Source: Candidatus Buchananbacteria bacterium (lineage in GTDB: Bacteria > Patescibacteriota > Patescibacteriia > 2-01-FULL-39-33). From it: DNA of 58,093 nt. The stretch lies in the NCBI GenBank assembly GCA_903888345.1, contig CAISTG010000060.1, positions 1 to 58,093 of the forward strand. The letters are read 5' to 3'. Below are positions 8,872 through 18,600 of the stretch, in pieces (the first letter of the stretch is position 1; every line of letters begins with the position of its first letter). The translations under genes and the position numbers were made by a program. The notes under the pieces were generated by a model, which did no database searches, had not been told where the DNA came from, and was given only the letters and a program-made list of their open reading frames with translations.

Positions 8872-9552
8872 TTACATGGTAGTTTCCATCATTAATTTAT
8901 TAATGTCCTCGAGTTTTTCGTTACGAGCGACTGTGGGATTATAAGTATTATAAAATAATTCAATTAACGACTGTGTATCGAGCACCTGCGAACGCAAGCC
9001 CATACTCGCCAAGCCACTTAAAATCTTATCCACCACAATAAACAGTTCTTTTTGACGGGAGAGAAAGATTTTTTGGCTGACACTAACTACGCCCGTTGGT
9101 GAAGCCACATCGCCAACCCGCTGCCAGAAACTGCGACCCTTGGACTGAAATGGCTCATATGGCACGATTACATAAAAACGTTTAGTCATAATATTGCCCA
9201 TTTGCACTAGTTCTGTCACATACTGACGATATTCGGTCATTTGAATTTTTAGCAAATCATTAGTCTGATGCGCCTCCGCTTCTTTCAGATAATTCAGATA
9301 TTGTTCTAAATCTAATTGGCGCGATTGAATTAAAATCTGTAATGGTAGATCCAATGAGTTTAAAAAACTAACATAAGCAGAAATAATCGCATTTTGCTCG
9401 TCGTCAGACTTCAGGGCAAAATTAATTGAGGAAACCAAAAGCACAGCCCGTAAGGAGCCATCTTTCATGATCACTACATCATCCTTAATCTCAGCAATCT
9501 GTAAATATTTCTGAGTTGAGGGAGTCGCTTTAGTTGCACTTCGATTTGCCAT
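8872..9552 (-). CDS. VirB4 N-terminal-domain-like protein (separate ORF, in frame with the ATPase ORF)
   Basis: The motif pattern QKYLQIAEIKDDVVIMKDGSLRAVLLVSSINFALKSDDEQNAIISAYVSFLNSLDLPLQILIQSRQLDLEQYL matches my memory of the N-terminus of Tn916 Orf16 / TrsE-type VirB4 proteins. It is separated from the ATPase ORF by one TAA and one codon, in the same frame. Confidence 0.7.
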   Translation of the reverse strand: MANRSATKATPSTQKYLQIAEIKDDVVIMKDGSLRAVLLVSSINFALKSDDEQNAIISAYVSFLNSLDLPLQILIQSRQLDLEQYLNYLKEAEAHQTNDLLKIQMTEYRQYVTELVQMGNIMTKRFYVIVPYEPFQSKGRSFWQRVGDVASPTGVVSVSQKIFLSRQKELFIVVDKILSGLASMGLRSQVLDTQSLIELFYNTYNPTVARNEKLEDINKLMMETTM

Positions 9553-9569
9553 AATAATTTAAATAAATA

Positions 9570-10001
9570 CTAAAAGCCATTTTCGCCGTGATAAATTCCA
9601 CCAGTGTCAACAATCAAAGCGATTTCCGAAATTTTGGAAGTGGTGACCGGGCGACGAATCAAGGGCGATTTAGGAACGTCTGGCGGTTGCGCCAATAAGT
9701 CGCGCAAATATTTTAAATCTTGCGATTTTTGCCAAACTTTCAGCTTCGGGTTCTTAATTGTTTGAATAAAATTTAATAAAAATAAATGGAATGGTTGACC
9801 ATTAATTCGAGCAAAGGCTACTACCACGGTCAGCGATAAAACGATCAAGCCGAAAACAACAAAAGCCGGAAAATCCAAAGTTTTATACATAATCACCTCA
9901 ACCAAGCCGCCAACAATCAGTTCAATAAACTGGCGGACCGTCACCGGACCAATAATCTTGTCTTCAACATCGAGAAATTGTGGGACTACTACTTGTTGCA
10001 T
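9570..10001 (-). CDS. PrgI/VirB3-like small membrane protein
   Basis: The N-terminus (VPQFLDVEDKIIGPVTVRQFIELIVGG) followed by two TM helices is the typical PrgI-family layout. It lies immediately upstream of the VirB4 ORFs. Confidence 0.6.
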   Translation of the reverse strand: MQQVVVPQFLDVEDKIIGPVTVRQFIELIVGGLVEVIMYKTLDFPAFVVFGLIVLSLTVVVAFARINGQPFHLFLLNFIQTIKNPKLKVWQKSQDLKYLRDLLAQPPDVPKSPLIRRPVTTSKISEIALIVDTGGIYHGENGF

Positions 10002-10040
10002 ATCCTATCGTCATTACTTTATTTCTATTTGTCATTCCGG

Positions 10041-10118
10041 ACTCGATCCGGAATCTCCGTGTGCGTCCTAAGCAAGTGCCCAGATTCCGGCTCAAGGCCG
10101 GAATGACGGAGAACGAAA
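10041..10118. repeat. composite palindromic element of the GTCAT...ATGAC family
   Basis: GTCATTCCGG-actcgat-CCGGAATCT and AGATTCCGG-ctcaagg-CCGGAATGAC are each hairpins, and they are inverted copies of one another. The element fills the only sizeable gap (118 nt) inside the secretion gene array. Confidence 0.8.
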
Positions 10119-10119
10119 T

Positions 10120-11499
10120 TTAAAATCTTAAAGCACGATTCAATTCCATTACCGCATGAAGCTCGTCGATTGATAAAGTTGGCTTACCAGCCAATAACCT
10201 TTCGCGAACTGTTTCTTCCATGTTCTTTCCCTCAGTCATCGCCGATTGACCCAACAAACGATAAAATTTATTAACTTCGTTTTTATGCCAGGCCGTAATG
10301 CCCTCCAAACGCTTGGAGAAACTCTCCTCGCCCAGTAATTCAATTTTTTCTTTAATTTTATTAACAGCGGCATTCGGATCAGCCGCCAAGCGACGAAAAT
10401 CAATCAATGTCATATTTTCTAATTCCTCAATCGGACCCATTAATCGCTTCTCGAATCGCACATCATCCAGATTGGGTTTATTGGCATTTTTTGAATTCAA
10501 AACGGTTTCGGGAATATGCTGACTCGCGACATAAGGCGCGGGACTAGGCGCGGGCAACTTCTCGCTTGCCACTGCCGGCATCGGAGCTTGATTGACACTT
10601 ACCTGCTGCCCTGAAGACTCAGACTCTATCATAATTTTACCATGTTGACCGCTGACGGGCAATGATTTTTCAAAAGTCGGTTCATTTTTTGTGTCAACAA
10701 CTGCCGGCAACGCTTCCGTTAATGTTTGTGGCAAAGCTGCACCAGGGAACTTAATGACCGGTAGCCCATCCTCTTCTTCGATATGGATAGCTGCTGCCGG
10801 ACTTTTTTCTTCTACTTTTATCGTTTCTGGAGCCGTTACTCGCACTGGCCGGGGCAAGGCGGGTCGCCTAGTCTTCGATTCACCAGTATTTAAATCATAA
10901 TTCTTAAGCGCTGTTATAATCACCTCTGCCTGAGTCTCCGAAAATTCCATACCTCCCACCTTATTGCTTTTCATTAAAATTTCCTTCGTTTCCAAGTCAT
11001 CTCGAACCTGTTTCAAACGCGCTATTATAATATTGCGTAAGCGTTTGAATAATACATCATCGGCTAGATTCAAATTTAAACGATTAATAATATTGGCGGC
11101 AATAATCTCATAATCAATAACCGTTGCGGTCGATGCCTGTTGTTTATATTTCTCCACCTCAGCTTCATCTTCACGCGAAAAAGTTAAATGCGAATTATTA
11201 ACGGCAGGACCAGCATCTGCTTTTTCATTAACAGTTTGTCCGATTTTTTCCACTAAAGCGCCGAAACGACTCTTGATCTGTTCCGCTAAAAATTGATTGA
11301 AATCATAAGTCGCTTTCAAATACTCGGTCAGATTAGCGTAATCAATATCGCGCAACAACAGGTCGATCAAGATTGAAGTTGACTTGATACCGAAATTTTC
11401 ATCGAGATTATCTAATTCCGCCAAAATATCAGCCTGAGAAATGCTGTCTCGGACCGCTTCGGATAATTTATTAAGTTTTGCCAGGGAACTATTAGCCAT
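10120..11499 (-). CDS. hypothetical protein, no TM helix, with a central Pro/Ala-rich linker
   Basis: Long ORF tightly packed in the array, 5 nt after the upstream gene. No motif recognised. It has helical N- and C-terminal domains and a P-rich middle (PALPRPVRVTAPE...LPAPSPAPY). Confidence 0.7.
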   Translation of the reverse strand: MANSSLAKLNKLSEAVRDSISQADILAELDNLDENFGIKSTSILIDLLLRDIDYANLTEYLKATYDFNQFLAEQIKSRFGALVEKIGQTVNEKADAGPAVNNSHLTFSREDEAEVEKYKQQASTATVIDYEIIAANIINRLNLNLADDVLFKRLRNIIIARLKQVRDDLETKEILMKSNKVGGMEFSETQAEVIITALKNYDLNTGESKTRRPALPRPVRVTAPETIKVEEKSPAAAIHIEEEDGLPVIKFPGAALPQTLTEALPAVVDTKNEPTFEKSLPVSGQHGKIMIESESSGQQVSVNQAPMPAVASEKLPAPSPAPYVASQHIPETVLNSKNANKPNLDDVRFEKRLMGPIEELENMTLIDFRRLAADPNAAVNKIKEKIELLGEESFSKRLEGITAWHKNEVNKFYRLLGQSAMTEGKNMEETVRERLLAGKPTLSIDELHAVMELNRALRF

Positions 11500-11504
11500 A
11501 ATAT

Positions 11505-12005
11505 TTACTGATTGTTCATTAAAAATTCATCTAACTTTTTTTGCGTTAACCCAATTTCCTCTAACGCCAATCGCTTTTCTAGGGGTGGCATTTTCTGCCA
11601 ATCATATTGTGCGATTTTTTCCTTCAGATCCAAGACTCGTTCTGTGGCCAAGCTTTTAACTGGCTCATTTTCTATTGCCGGCAATACCAAGCCTTCTAAT
11701 CCTAGACTTTTAACAAATTCATCAAATCCAGAGATATACGGTTTTAGCTCGAGGAAGCGATGCGTTAAAATCGCCACCACAATATCGCTGATTGTCGCCG
11801 GATCTTTTTTCAAGGCCGCACTCAAACGCTCCTGAAATCCATCAATTTTATCGGAGCCAATAATAACTCGAGTCATCAAACGAATGACCTCCAAAAATTC
11901 CGCATCCGTCAATTGAAATGACGCCAACCAGGGAGTATCCGACTTAAGATACTCCAGATCATTATCATCATCAACAATTTTATTTTCGTCCTCGTTCATA
12001 GTCAA
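11505..12005 (-). CDS. hypothetical acidic cytoplasmic protein
   Basis: ORF packed 3 nt after the VirB6-like gene. No TM helix and no recognised motif. Confidence 0.7.
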   Translation of the reverse strand: MTMNEDENKIVDDDNDLEYLKSDTPWLASFQLTDAEFLEVIRLMTRVIIGSDKIDGFQERLSAALKKDPATISDIVVAILTHRFLELKPYISGFDEFVKSLGLEGLVLPAIENEPVKSLATERVLDLKEKIAQYDWQKMPPLEKRLALEEIGLTQKKLDEFLMNNQ

Positions 12006-12008
12006 GAA

Positions 12009-15000
12009 TTATAATATATCGCTAAAGAGCTTACTTCTTGATAGCTTATCGCTATCGGTGCTACCCTTAAATTCAATTAGTTTATCAACGATAGCGGTAG
12101 CGACTTTTCTATTCTCAGTACTACCCAAAAATGCTTTTAGCGCCTTAAATGGCATATTCATAGCAATGGCCTCAATATGAAGTTTATTCGCACTCGGATC
12201 ATCTCCGAGGTTAATATTTTTTAAGGTGTCAGCGCTAAATTTTCCTACCGATTTTCTGAATACGTCCTGATTTGCATGATTATTATTTAATTCGATTTCT
12301 GTTCCGGCAGAAGCCATTTGGAACATTAACTCAGTTGCCCGCTTCTCATCACTTTTTCTTATTGTCGGAGTGGACATACCACTAAGCTCCTTTGTTCTAT
12401 TAAAAGCCTTAGATAAACCAAGATTTAACTTTTCCTTGTGATCAACTGACGCTCTGCCCAAGTCTTTAACCTCTTTAGCTGATAAGCTCCCAAGATGATT
12501 CTCAATAAAGTCGTCATCAATATTTTCATGAGAGATATTCTTAAGCACATCCGCTCGTTTGGAACCACTTAGGGCCGCCTTCATGGCCTTCTTTTGTGCT
12601 TCTGATGCAGTACTACCATGTTCCACCGTAGCACCATTTATTAATGCCTGTTCATAAATCTTGGCGTCATCGTTGGCGTTAGCTCCATCGACCAGACTAG
12701 TCAAATCCTTAAAACCATCTTTAACTTTTTTCTTATTTAATTTCTTGTAATCAGTATCTGATAGACCGGCCTTAACAGCTGAACGTAAGAAATCAGCATT
12801 AATATTTTCTTCCGCCAAACTATCAAGAACTTTACTCTTATTCTTGCCGGTTAAGATTTCTTTCATCGCATCGCGACGACCCTCGGTATCGTTTTTAACT
12901 TCGCTATGAGCCAATAATGCATTTTCCATTGTCTTTCTAGCTCGCTCTTTATTTTTGGTCGCCACAGCTAAATCAGGGCTTGATGTACCATCTAAATCAG
13001 CCTCCTGAATATTTGTAGCGATTTTATTAAAGGCTTCCTTCAACTTAGTTTCAAATTCTGAACCACGTTTTTGAATTTGTTCTAATGCATGAGGGTCAAA
13101 CACATGGCCAACATGATCCATTAATTTATCTAATTTGCCTGCCCCAATTTCTGCCGCAATAAACGATTGATTAGCACTAACATAATTATCTCGCTTTTCT
13201 TCTTCGCTAGCACCAAAAATCTTATCGAAACGAAAATCTTTTGCCGAATGGATATAGGCATCGCGCATTTTATCCAATTTTTTCTGCTCATCTTTATATG
13301 CAGTGGTTCCAGCAGCTAAAGTTGATTCAAAATGCGTCGATTTAACTCCACTGACATCATCAGATAACATATCTTTGGCTGCTTTTGACAAGCCCGCCAT
13401 GACCGTGCCAAATTCCTTGTCATCCTTACTATTTTTAACTAAATATTTCATCAAATCATCAGCATTACCACCTCCCAAAGCTTTCAAAGTTACCGCATCA
13501 GCCTCCTTCATTAAATCAGCCAATTTAACCTTGCCATCTTGAATATCGGCAGTCAATTTAGCAACATCAGTGCCCTTACCATAAATACTAGATTTTAACG
13601 CCAAATTTGGATTGGATTTCTTGAGATTATTATCAAAAGTATTCTTCAAGTCCTGAGGCAATTGAGAGCGATAAAAGTCGATTAACTTGGTGTTATTGGC
13701 ACTATTAGCCTCATCATCATCTTTAATCCAGCCATTTTTAAGCAGGGCTTGCGTGGCAGCCATCTTTTGCGCGGTTGAACCACCAATCGAATTGGCTTTG
13801 GCTCGCAATTGCGCTTGACTCATCCGACTCATACCAAAAGCTACAGCTGAAGCATCAATCTTAGCTTGTTCGCGTTTTGAGGTGCCTGATTCTAAGGCGC
13901 CGATCTTACTGCCCAGCGCCACATTAAGTCCAGGCACAAATTTTCCGCCCACTTGATAAGCGGCACCATACAACTTCGAGCGTAAACCTAACTTGTCATC
14001 AACGGCAGTGCCCACAAAAGCCGGAACTTTTTTGGCGATATTTAAGCCGGTAAACTTTTTCATCCAACCCTGGGCATCACCAGCAATTTTGCCAGCACCA
14101 CCAAGCCTGCTACCCATCAGTAGTGAGCCCCATAATAAACCAATAACTACCATCACATTAATCAAACCATTTGGACTGGCCATGTTCGATAGATTGGTTG
14201 AGGAATCTTGTCCACTTTCAGTCAATGTCAAACTAGACACTGCCTTAATATCGGTACCTCCAGCTGCTTCATTACCGACGCCTAAATAGTTACTATTGGT
14301 AGTAGACCCATTATTAGCGCCAAAAGTCGCCATCGCCATAAACGACAGATATAAGAAGAACATCATCACTGGACCAGTAATTAAATATTTCTTAATCTCG
14401 CCTTCCCATTGGCCCGTTATTGAGCCCAACTGGTTAAAAGCTTTACCAAAAATCCACAACGGCGACAAAATAATCAAGAACCAGAACATAATAATGCGAT
14501 AAACCAAGATTCCGGCAATCGCAATGATTACTACTAAGGCAGCAATCGTAACTACAATTGCAAAAATTAAAGCAGCAAAAATATCTACCCAGGCAATTTG
14601 CGGCGTAATTGGATTACCACTACCATCAGTTATTTGGCTAGTAACATTTGTTAATTGCGCTAAACTTGGCAAGCCAAAACTGGCTAAAATTATATTGTAA
14701 CCGGTTAAAGTCGCGAGTGGTGCAGCAAAAGTCAGCATGATTACTTGAGAAGCATCAATCATCAAACCAGTTAACATCTTCGAAAAATTAATCAAAATTG
14801 CAGCAAATAAGACTTTCGGTAGCATGGTGTGCCATTGATAATTTTGTACTTTTAAAGTCGTACCGATTGCCATCGCGATCATCAAAATAATAAAAAAGTT
14901 ATTACAAACGTCGCGCGTAATTGTCCAACCAATAACTACCGGGGCAATATTAACAAAATTATTAAACACCGCCACCATCAACATCACCTTAGTAACCAAC

Positions 15001-15587
15001 ATTAAAATTGTGCCCAAGCCGTAAGCAATTCCATAAAGAACATAAGAGACGGCGAGGCCGAGAAGGTCGAGAAGGCCGGTGGAAGTAGTTTGACTAACTG
15101 CTTTACCAAGCGCATTATTTGATTTATTTTGAGCTTGATTGGTCTGAGCTAGAAGTCCTTTTTGCTTATCGATTTCTTTCTGTAATGCTGCCTTTGCTTC
15201 CTCTGTCATTACATTTTTACCATTGGCTAATTGATTCTCTAATTTAGTTATATTGGCAGTCTGAGTTTGAATACTATTTCCTAACTGCCGAACACTATCA
15301 TCTTGTGTGTCTTGATTGTTATATGAGCCATCCAAATAATGAAGGGGGTTTAAATCAAATTCTGAATATTTAGTTACGACCGCTCCCGCAGTATTTAGAG
15401 TCGCGTTTTTTGCGCCACTAAACGTAAAGCCACTAACTAAGCCATTCCAAAGTGCCTGCGCACTCCAAATACTAGTATTTACTGGTTTCGTTGCCGCTCT
15501 AACAACGCCAGCACCCAACAAAAACGACATAGCAAAAACTGCTAGGAAAATTCCGACCGTTAAAATTTTTCGAGTTTTAAATATCAT
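12009..15587 (-). CDS. VirB6/TrbL-like polytopic membrane protein with a long C-terminal soluble extension
   Basis: Signal peptide (MIFKTRKILTVGIFLAVFAMSFLLGAGVVRA/A), a coiled-coil stretch, and a cluster of about 7-9 hydrophobic helices encoded at ~14100-15085. These are followed by ~650 aa of K/D/A-rich, probably helical sequence. The start is placed at the ATG at 15587, because the longer GTG start at 15647 lies inside a palindromic repeat. Confidence 0.7.
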   Translation of the reverse strand: MIFKTRKILTVGIFLAVFAMSFLLGAGVVRAATKPVNTSIWSAQALWNGLVSGFTFSGAKNATLNTAGAVVTKYSEFDLNPLHYLDGSYNNQDTQDDSVRQLGNSIQTQTANITKLENQLANGKNVMTEEAKAALQKEIDKQKGLLAQTNQAQNKSNNALGKAVSQTTSTGLLDLLGLAVSYVLYGIAYGLGTILMLVTKVMLMVAVFNNFVNIAPVVIGWTITRDVCNNFFIILMIAMAIGTTLKVQNYQWHTMLPKVLFAAILINFSKMLTGLMIDASQVIMLTFAAPLATLTGYNIILASFGLPSLAQLTNVTSQITDGSGNPITPQIAWVDIFAALIFAIVVTIAALVVIIAIAGILVYRIIMFWFLIILSPLWIFGKAFNQLGSITGQWEGEIKKYLITGPVMMFFLYLSFMAMATFGANNGSTTNSNYLGVGNEAAGGTDIKAVSSLTLTESGQDSSTNLSNMASPNGLINVMVVIGLLWGSLLMGSRLGGAGKIAGDAQGWMKKFTGLNIAKKVPAFVGTAVDDKLGLRSKLYGAAYQVGGKFVPGLNVALGSKIGALESGTSKREQAKIDASAVAFGMSRMSQAQLRAKANSIGGSTAQKMAATQALLKNGWIKDDDEANSANNTKLIDFYRSQLPQDLKNTFDNNLKKSNPNLALKSSIYGKGTDVAKLTADIQDGKVKLADLMKEADAVTLKALGGGNADDLMKYLVKNSKDDKEFGTVMAGLSKAAKDMLSDDVSGVKSTHFESTLAAGTTAYKDEQKKLDKMRDAYIHSAKDFRFDKIFGASEEEKRDNYVSANQSFIAAEIGAGKLDKLMDHVGHVFDPHALEQIQKRGSEFETKLKEAFNKIATNIQEADLDGTSSPDLAVATKNKERARKTMENALLAHSEVKNDTEGRRDAMKEILTGKNKSKVLDSLAEENINADFLRSAVKAGLSDTDYKKLNKKKVKDGFKDLTSLVDGANANDDAKIYEQALINGATVEHGSTASEAQKKAMKAALSGSKRADVLKNISHENIDDDFIENHLGSLSAKEVKDLGRASVDHKEKLNLGLSKAFNRTKELSGMSTPTIRKSDEKRATELMFQMASAGTEIELNNNHANQDVFRKSVGKFSADTLKNINLGDDPSANKLHIEAIAMNMPFKALKAFLGSTENRKVATAIVDKLIEFKGSTDSDKLSRSKLFSDIL

Positions 15588-15617
15588 AATTAAATTATTG
15601 ATAGACCACACTTGTTC

Positions 15618-15653
15618 GTCATTGCGAGTCCGCCGTGGCGAACTCACAATGAC
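15618..15653. repeat. palindromic element of the GTCAT...ATGAC family
   Basis: GTCATTGCGAGTccgccgtggcgaACTCACAATGAC lies in the 78-nt gap between the giant gene and the VirB6-like gene. Confidence 0.75.
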
Positions 15654-15665
15654 GCAGAGAAATTA

Positions 15666-18600
15666 TTATTGAGGACCATTAACGCTAATAAAGTTAACAC
15701 TAGCGGCGGTATTATCCGCATTCCAGTTATCGATCACCTTAACATTTGGTCGCATCTTAAAAACATTAGTTCCATCATTACAGTTTTCACTTACCGCGCC
15801 AGAGCAAGCAGGTAGATTCTTAATCAAACTATAATAACTATAGGAATGATAAAGTGTCAGTGGATTCTTCTGATCCGGGCGATTTAAAAGTGAAACGCCA
15901 GCATAAGAAGTTTTATCACCGTCACCCCAATTTACTTCGAATGACTTCAGTGGTAATTGATTGGCGTCAACATCGACGACAAAGACGAATTTAATGGAAC
16001 CGATATTGCTGACCACTGACGGAGTCGACGACGGACTGATCGGGAATTTCGGGCGAATCTTACAATAAATATTTTCATTGGTGCTGCTGCGATAGCTAAA
16101 ACTCGGATTACGGTCCTCACAATATTCGGTTGGTACCGACCAGAGTCCGCTATCAACTTTTTGATAGCCACTATCTTTATTACTCCAAATCCAATGGCCA
16201 TAACTCTTAGCGAACAATGCCTTCAGATTATCCACGGTGTAAACCTGTCCCATACGCGCTTGATAAGGCGCCGTCGAACCAAAGGGAGTTTCGTAATACA
16301 GGGGTTGCTTGCCGCTCGTGCCCGGTCGAGTATCCCAATTACTAGGATTTTGTGACGTAATTGGCGCCACGACTGAACCATAAGGCTTATAATCAGTCGT
16401 TAAATAATTATAGCCGTTATAGGCATAAATTTTACTGAAAATAGCAGGATAGCCATTACTACTATCACAAAAATAATTTGCTGCGAGTCTCGAGCCGCTG
16501 CCATTTGCTTTATTGACACTGTTTACATTCTGTCCAGAACACAACAATATTCTATTATCATCACCCGGATCAACAACTGCATTGCTATCTGGACAGCCGA
16601 TTAAATTATCACAGTTGCCCTTCCAGTCTTTACCGGCCGAATCCTTACAATTATTGATACTGCTAAGGCAATAAGTTGATTGATAGAAACACTGGGTACC
16701 AGCTATTAAAGAATCGGTCACACAGTCGCTACCTGCCCCCGTATATCCAGAACCAGAAGACAATCGAGCGGCCCAAGCACGATTTTGTCCAGAAGAATTA
16801 ACCACTTGAACAATATCGGTACAATATTCAGGACTAATTTTGGCACTAACATTACCGCCTAACGCCGCTCCTCCTGTTTTATCGCCAAATCCCTGCGCTC
16901 CGCCAATATCCCAATAATGGACAAACCCCAAAACATCACCGGGACGATTCGGATCTGGATCAGTGAACCTACTGGCATACTGTAAATCCTGGTCAGTAAC
17001 AATTTTCATGCCGCCATACATAACAAATAAATGTGCCAAATCACCAACTACCGGTACAGCTTGGGCTAAGCCGCCGATTAAGGAGATGGCCGTTGAGGCC
17101 AGTTTACCGATAAACGACTCTTGAAAACCCATAACCGTATGCCAAGGCAATTCCAAATGAACCACCGCTATTAACCCGGCCACATCAACCATCGTACCGA
17201 CCGAACCCCAACCACCCCATTCGTCGTCTTGATTTAAATTTAGACTTCCAGCAATATCCTTTAATGCAGAAATAATTAAATTTTTAACTGGTTGAATCAC
17301 ATGTTCTTCAACCCAATTCAAGCCCTCCTTTTTATTGGCGCATTGTGGATCTGAATCATCGCAGGTATCATTCGTAGTGGTAACCGTATTAGAGCTCGGC
17401 GCAATCTCTCGATAACACAAGAAACCATTGGCTGGATCAACCCCAAAAATTAACTGAGCCAAACTGGCAATACCAGGACAAACCATCTTGGGATACATGG
17501 TCGCATTTAATACTCCGACAATCGGCTTATGGCTACCGGTAGACCCAATACCAAAGATTCCACCTAAGAAATCAAAACGATAAACAAACGGATAACGAAA
17601 CATCGGCGCCCAAGCATTATCAGGACTAAAAGCTACGGCCTGAATGCTGCCTAGATCACTAAAATTATCAGTAGTATAACCAGAACTCGCTCCTCCCTGA
17701 CCAAATTTTCCTAAATTAGCCATGGCCGTATTCAAATCAATCGGATTAGACTTAGCCTTCGCCAAACAATAATACAACGGATAGCGTTCTTTATAATAAC
17801 CATTAAAATCACTCAGCATTTCCCCCTTAATAGTATCAACTGGCCACCATTGCAAGCATTGTTGAGCGTTACTCGGGTCGTTCAATAAGCAATAGCCGTA
17901 TTGGCCGTAGTAATTCGTGTTGTTATCGTTATAACTGCAAGCTTGCGCATTGGCAGTCGGATAAACGCGGCAAGAACGGTTGACTTCATTATCGGTTCCA
18001 GCGTTTAATACCGGCTTAACTTCAATTTCGTCCCAAGCTGAATAACCACCCAGTTTAGTATTGTCATAATTCTTTTCCGCATCCGGATTCATATTCATTA
18101 AAGCAAAAGACAAATTAACCGATTGATTCAAAACTTTAATACGATATTTTAATTGAGTCCATTGCTGGCCGCTGGCCAATCGCAAGCTATTGTCAAAAAT
18201 CCAGCCACCATTATCATTGGGATCAATGCTCGTAGAACGCGTACCATCAGCGCTTAATAATTCAACAATTCCCGTATTGGTTATCGGGGCACCCTGTAAA
18301 CTGGTGAATTTTAATTGCACTTCGGCGCGCGGCTTATCGCCAGTCCTACCATCGGCCTGACCATTTAGATTTTGAGTATTGACCCACAAGGAAACATAAT
18401 ATGAATTGTTACTATTTAATTCGACTGGCTCAGAAATAACCGCATTACCAGCATTAAGTTTCAAATAGTTACTGCCCTCATGGGCGATATTGCCAAGATT
18501 ACTTAGAGAATAATTATTCGGTATCCAAGTTAATCCGGATTCAGTCGGATCACCAGTACAATTACTGAGATCGGCGCACTTATAATAAGCGCCACTCCAG

